64,000 nt of DNA from Polyangiales bacterium (GTDB lineage Bacteria > Myxococcota_A > Polyangia > Polyangiales > Ga0077539), in assembly GCA_044229975.1 (NCBI GenBank), contig JBGARZ010000005.1, positions 128,001-192,000 on the forward strand. The letters are read 5' to 3'. The stretch's first letter is position 1, and every line of letters starts with the position of its first letter. The notes under the pieces were generated by a model. That model was not told the DNA's origin, ran no database searches, and worked only from the letters and a program-made list of their open reading frames with translations. This document shows, piece by piece, positions 60,977 through 64,000 of the stretch. Made by a program: the position numbers and the translations under genes.

Positions 60977-62941
60977 TTGGAAGCTACGCCCGTACCCGTC
61001 ACCGAGACGCCTGAGCGCCCGGCCTGGAACATCGACGACGCGCTCGCCCTCTACCTCATCGACCGATGGGGCTCCGGGTACTTCACGGTCGGCCCCGACG
61101 GCAACATGGTGGCCCGCCCCCTCCAGGAGCAGGGAGCCGCCATCCCGATCCTGGAGGTCGTGAAGGAGGCGCGCGAGGAGGGCTTCCAGACGCCGCTGCT
61201 CATCCGCTTTCAGGACATCCTCCACCACCGGGTGCGCTCCATCAACGAGGCCTTCAACCGGGCCATCGCCGAGAACAAGTACCAGGGCGTCTACCGCGGC
61301 GTGTACCCCATCAAGGTCAACCAGCTCCGCGAGGTGCTCGAAGAGATCCTCGTGGCGGGCGAGCCCTTCCACTACGGCATCGAGGTGGGGTCCAAGCCCG
61401 AGGTGTTCGCCGGGCTCTCGCAGCACAGCGACCCCGAGTCCCTCATCATCTGCAACGGCTACAAGGACGACACCTTCATCCGCACCGCGCTCGTCGGCCG
61501 CAAGCTGGGCAAGCGCGTCATCCTGGTGGCCGAGAAGCTCGCCGAGGTCGCGGCCATCATCCGCGTCGCCAAGGAGATGGGCGTCGAACCCATGGTGGGG
61601 CTGCGCGTGCGCCTGCTCGCCAAGGGCGCCGGCAAGTGGGCCACCTCGGGGGGTGAGCACGCGAAGTTCGGGCTGAGCACGGCGGAGATCCTCGACGCGG
61701 GGCAGATGCTGCGCGACGCGGGGATGGCGTCGGCGTTCAAGCTGCTGCACTTCCACATCGGGTCGCAGGTGCCCGACATCCTCATCATGAAGCGCGCGGT
61801 GCGCGAGGCGGCCCGCTACTACGCCAAGCTCCGGCAGATGGGCCACGAGGTGGAGTACATCGACGTCGGGGGCGGCCTCGCCGTCGACTACGACGGCAGC
61901 GCGAGCACCTTCCACTCCTCGATGAACTACACGGTCGAGGAGTACGCCGACAACATCGTCTACAACATCATGGACATCTGTGATGACGAGAAGGTCGCGC
62001 ACCCCACCATCGTGAGCGAGTCGGGCCGCGCGGTCGTGGCGCACCACTCGGTGCTCGTGGTCGAGGCCTTCGGGAGCATCGAGAAGACGCCGAGCGAGCC
62101 CGCGCAGTCGCCGCCCGTCGACCACAAGCTCATCCGCGACCTGCTCTACATCCAGCGGCACCTCACCGTGCGCAATCTCATGGAGAGCTGGCACGACCTC
62201 ACGGACATCAAGGAGTCGTCGCAGAAGATGTTCGAGCTGGGGATGCTCGACCTCACCGTGAAGGCCCGGGTCGAGTCGCTCTACTGGGAGATCGCCGAGG
62301 CCATCCAGAACCGCGCGCTGGCCCTCGACCCCGAGGAGCGCCCCGAGGAGCTCGCCGACCTCGACAACCAGCTCGCCGACCAGCACATCTGCAACTTCTC
62401 GGTGTTTCAGTCGCTGCTCGATCACTGGGCGCTGGGGCAGCTCTTCCCCATCGTGCCGATCCATCGCTTGAACGAGGAGCCCACGCTGGAGACCACGCTG
62501 GTGGACATCACCTGCGACTCCGACGGGAAGGTGTCGAAGTTCATCGACCTCAGCGACACCCGCGACACGCTCAAGCTGCACGAGGTGGCCCCGCAGTCGC
62601 CGTACTACCTCGGCATCTTCCTGACGGGCGCCTATCAGGACATCATGGGCGACCTGCACAACCTCTTCGGGCGGGTCAATGAGGTCCACGTCTTCCTCGA
62701 TGAGGACGACGAGCGCGGGTACTACATCGAAGAGACCCTGCCGGGTAACACCGTGGCCGAGGTGCTGGCGATGACCCAGTACTTCCCCATCAACCTGGCG
62801 CAGAAGATGAAGACCCAGATCGACCAGGCCATCAAGGCCGACCGGCTCCGCCCGCAGGAGGGAATGCGCCTGCTCGCCGACTACGAGCGCGGCCTCAAGG
62901 AGCAGACCTACCTCTCCTTCCGGGCGGCCAACGGGAAGTAA
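60977..62941 (+). CDS. speA: Biosynthetic arginine decarboxylase
   Basis: YPIKVNQ, EVGSKPE, HFHIGSQ, DVGGGL, DITCDSDG, GAYQDIMGDLHNLFG; TTG start 8 nt after GGAGG. Confidence 0.96.
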   Translation: MEATPVPVTETPERPAWNIDDALALYLIDRWGSGYFTVGPDGNMVARPLQEQGAAIPILEVVKEAREEGFQTPLLIRFQDILHHRVRSINEAFNRAIAENKYQGVYRGVYPIKVNQLREVLEEILVAGEPFHYGIEVGSKPEVFAGLSQHSDPESLIICNGYKDDTFIRTALVGRKLGKRVILVAEKLAEVAAIIRVAKEMGVEPMVGLRVRLLAKGAGKWATSGGEHAKFGLSTAEILDAGQMLRDAGMASAFKLLHFHIGSQVPDILIMKRAVREAARYYAKLRQMGHEVEYIDVGGGLAVDYDGSASTFHSSMNYTVEEYADNIVYNIMDICDDEKVAHPTIVSESGRAVVAHHSVLVVEAFGSIEKTPSEPAQSPPVDHKLIRDLLYIQRHLTVRNLMESWHDLTDIKESSQKMFELGMLDLTVKARVESLYWEIAEAIQNRALALDPEERPEELADLDNQLADQHICNFSVFQSLLDHWALGQLFPIVPIHRLNEEPTLETTLVDITCDSDGKVSKFIDLSDTRDTLKLHEVAPQSPYYLGIFLTGAYQDIMGDLHNLFGRVNEVHVFLDEDDERGYYIEETLPGNTVAEVLAMTQYFPINLAQKMKTQIDQAIKADRLRPQEGMRLLADYERGLKEQTYLSFRAANGK

Positions 62942-62950
62942 CACCCCCGC

Positions 62951-62982
62951 GAGCTGTCAGGCCCCCGCGACCTGACAGGTTC
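62951..62982 (+). terminator. Hairpin after speA (probable terminator)
   Basis: ctgtcagg ... cctgacag stem followed by gttctt. Confidence 0.55.
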
Positions 62983-63007
62983 TTGACTCATCCTGCCACG
63001 CTTTTGG

Positions 63008-63059
63008 CGGCATTTTCTGTGCATTTTGGCCTCAAGGGCGAAGGCGAATTGACCGATAG
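63008..63059 (+). promoter_or_regulatory. Tandem sigma-54-like and sigma-28-like motifs upstream of the PAS kinase
   Basis: CGGCA-TTTTCT-GTGCA (GG-N10-GC) at 63008-63023; TCAA-N16-ACCGATAG at 63032-63059. Confidence 0.4.
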
Positions 63060-63197
63060 ATGGACTGTGGACGCCGCAGGGCATCGCGCCCTGCGCCCCA
63101 GAGACCTCATCGGCCATGGACCCACTGCCCTCACCACCGGTCCCGCCTTCACGGCATCGGTTGCGTCCATCCACCCATCGCTCGAAAGGGAACTGAG

Positions 63198-64000
63198 ATG
63201 GGCACGGCGGTTCACAGGCTCCTCCGCCAGATCGATCACGACATGCGCGTCGCGCTCCTGCTGGTCACTTCGGAGGGCGTGGTGCTCCACGCCGACCCCG
63301 ACGTGCGGGCGCTGCTCGGCCGTAGCCCGGCCCAATGCGAGGGCCGCTCCCTCGACGAGCTCATCCCCTCCATCGATCTCCTGGCCGCGATGCGCGAGGT
63401 GCACCTCGGCCTCGTCAAGCGCTGCACCCTCACCGTCGGCGTCGACGCGCCCATCCGCCGCCTGCTCGTCTCGCTGAGCGCCGTGCGCGGCGTCGCGGTC
63501 GAGCCGATGGTGGCCGTGCAGGTCACCTCGATGGACGACTACCGCGAAGAGCGCCAGGCGCGCGCCGCGGTGCGCCTGCGGGCCACCATCGAGTCGGTGA
63601 TCGCGGGCTTCGCGCACGAGGTTCGCAACCCCATCGCGGCCATCCTGAGCATCACGGAAGCAGCCCTCACCGACATGGCCCCCGGCACGACCGCCACCGC
63701 GATGCTCACCCGCATCCCGGGCCTGGTGAACCGCGTCGACAAGCTCATCAAGGAGTCGCTGCACTACAGTCGGCCGCGCTGTCCGAAGCGGGCCCCGCGC
63801 CCGCTGCGCTCGCTCGTCGACTGGTCCATCCAGCTCGCGCAGATGGAGAAGGGCGGCATCGACTTCGAGGTCGCCATCGACGACTCCCTCGGCGCCGTCC
63901 TCGTCGACGCCGAGCAGATCGAGCAGGTCATCGTGAACCTCCTCTGCAACGCCCGCGACGCCGCGCGACGGCGGGTTCAGCTCACGGCGCGCCGCGAACC
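63198..64000 (+). CDS. PAS-like sensor histidine kinase, NtrB-like (partial, runs off the window)
   Basis: Translated by hand: MGTAVHRLL...GFAHEVRNPIAAI...QIEQVIVNLLCNARDA; AAGGGA RBS; absent from the ORF track because no stop lies in the window. Confidence 0.88.
   Translation, partial: MGTAVHRLLRQIDHDMRVALLLVTSEGVVLHADPDVRALLGRSPAQCEGRSLDELIPSIDLLAAMREVHLGLVKRCTLTVGVDAPIRRLLVSLSAVRGVAVEPMVAVQVTSMDDYREERQARAAVRLRATIESVIAGFAHEVRNPIAAILSITEAALTDMAPGTTATAMLTRIPGLVNRVDKLIKESLHYSRPRCPKRAPRPLRSLVDWSIQLAQMEKGGIDFEVAIDDSLGAVLVDAEQIEQVIVNLLCNARDAARRRVQLTARRE

Noticed and set aside
63116..63196. 26-codon upstream ORF before the PAS kinase
   Set aside because: No clear RBS and poor codon bias; cannot be supported.

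Overview
High-GC chromosomal window that looks like Myxococcota (Polyangia-like); this is inferred from gene content and style. About 54 CDSs. Left to right: (1) the end of an XrtA/PEP-CTERM-type exopolysaccharide operon (FemAB-like protein, polysaccharide deacetylase, glycosyltransferase, unknown metallo-hydrolase); (2) moaA-xdhC; (3) a membrane-modification cluster (spermidine-synthase-like membrane protein divergent from UbiA prenyltransferase, acyltransferase-3 and a GT-C-like protein); (4) guaB and tamB-tamA; (5) a signalling-rich block at 24-41 kb with three Hanks Ser/Thr kinases, two TPR/PEGA proteins, several lipoproteins, a FliA/WhiG-type sigma factor, two GGDEF proteins and a histidine kinase; (6) housekeeping genes (aminotransferase, ferredoxin, rimO, yajQ, folE, tatA, Usp, Sfp-type PPTase, speA) mixed with accessory genes. 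Best leads: a local sigma-28 regulon, with TCAA-N15-GYCGATA promoters in front of the kinase and GGDEF genes just downstream of the sigma gene and no flagellar genes in the window; an ABC-ATPase plus TOPRIM-like pair (candidate anti-phage system) whose ATPase has a low-GC central segment; two copies of a kinase/TPR-PEGA/lipoprotein module that could signal across the envelope; a lipoprotein gene with one in-frame TGA followed by a hairpin; and a MITE/REP-like inverted repeat. No rRNA, tRNA, CRISPR array or transposase was recognised. All calls are by eye and no database search was run.
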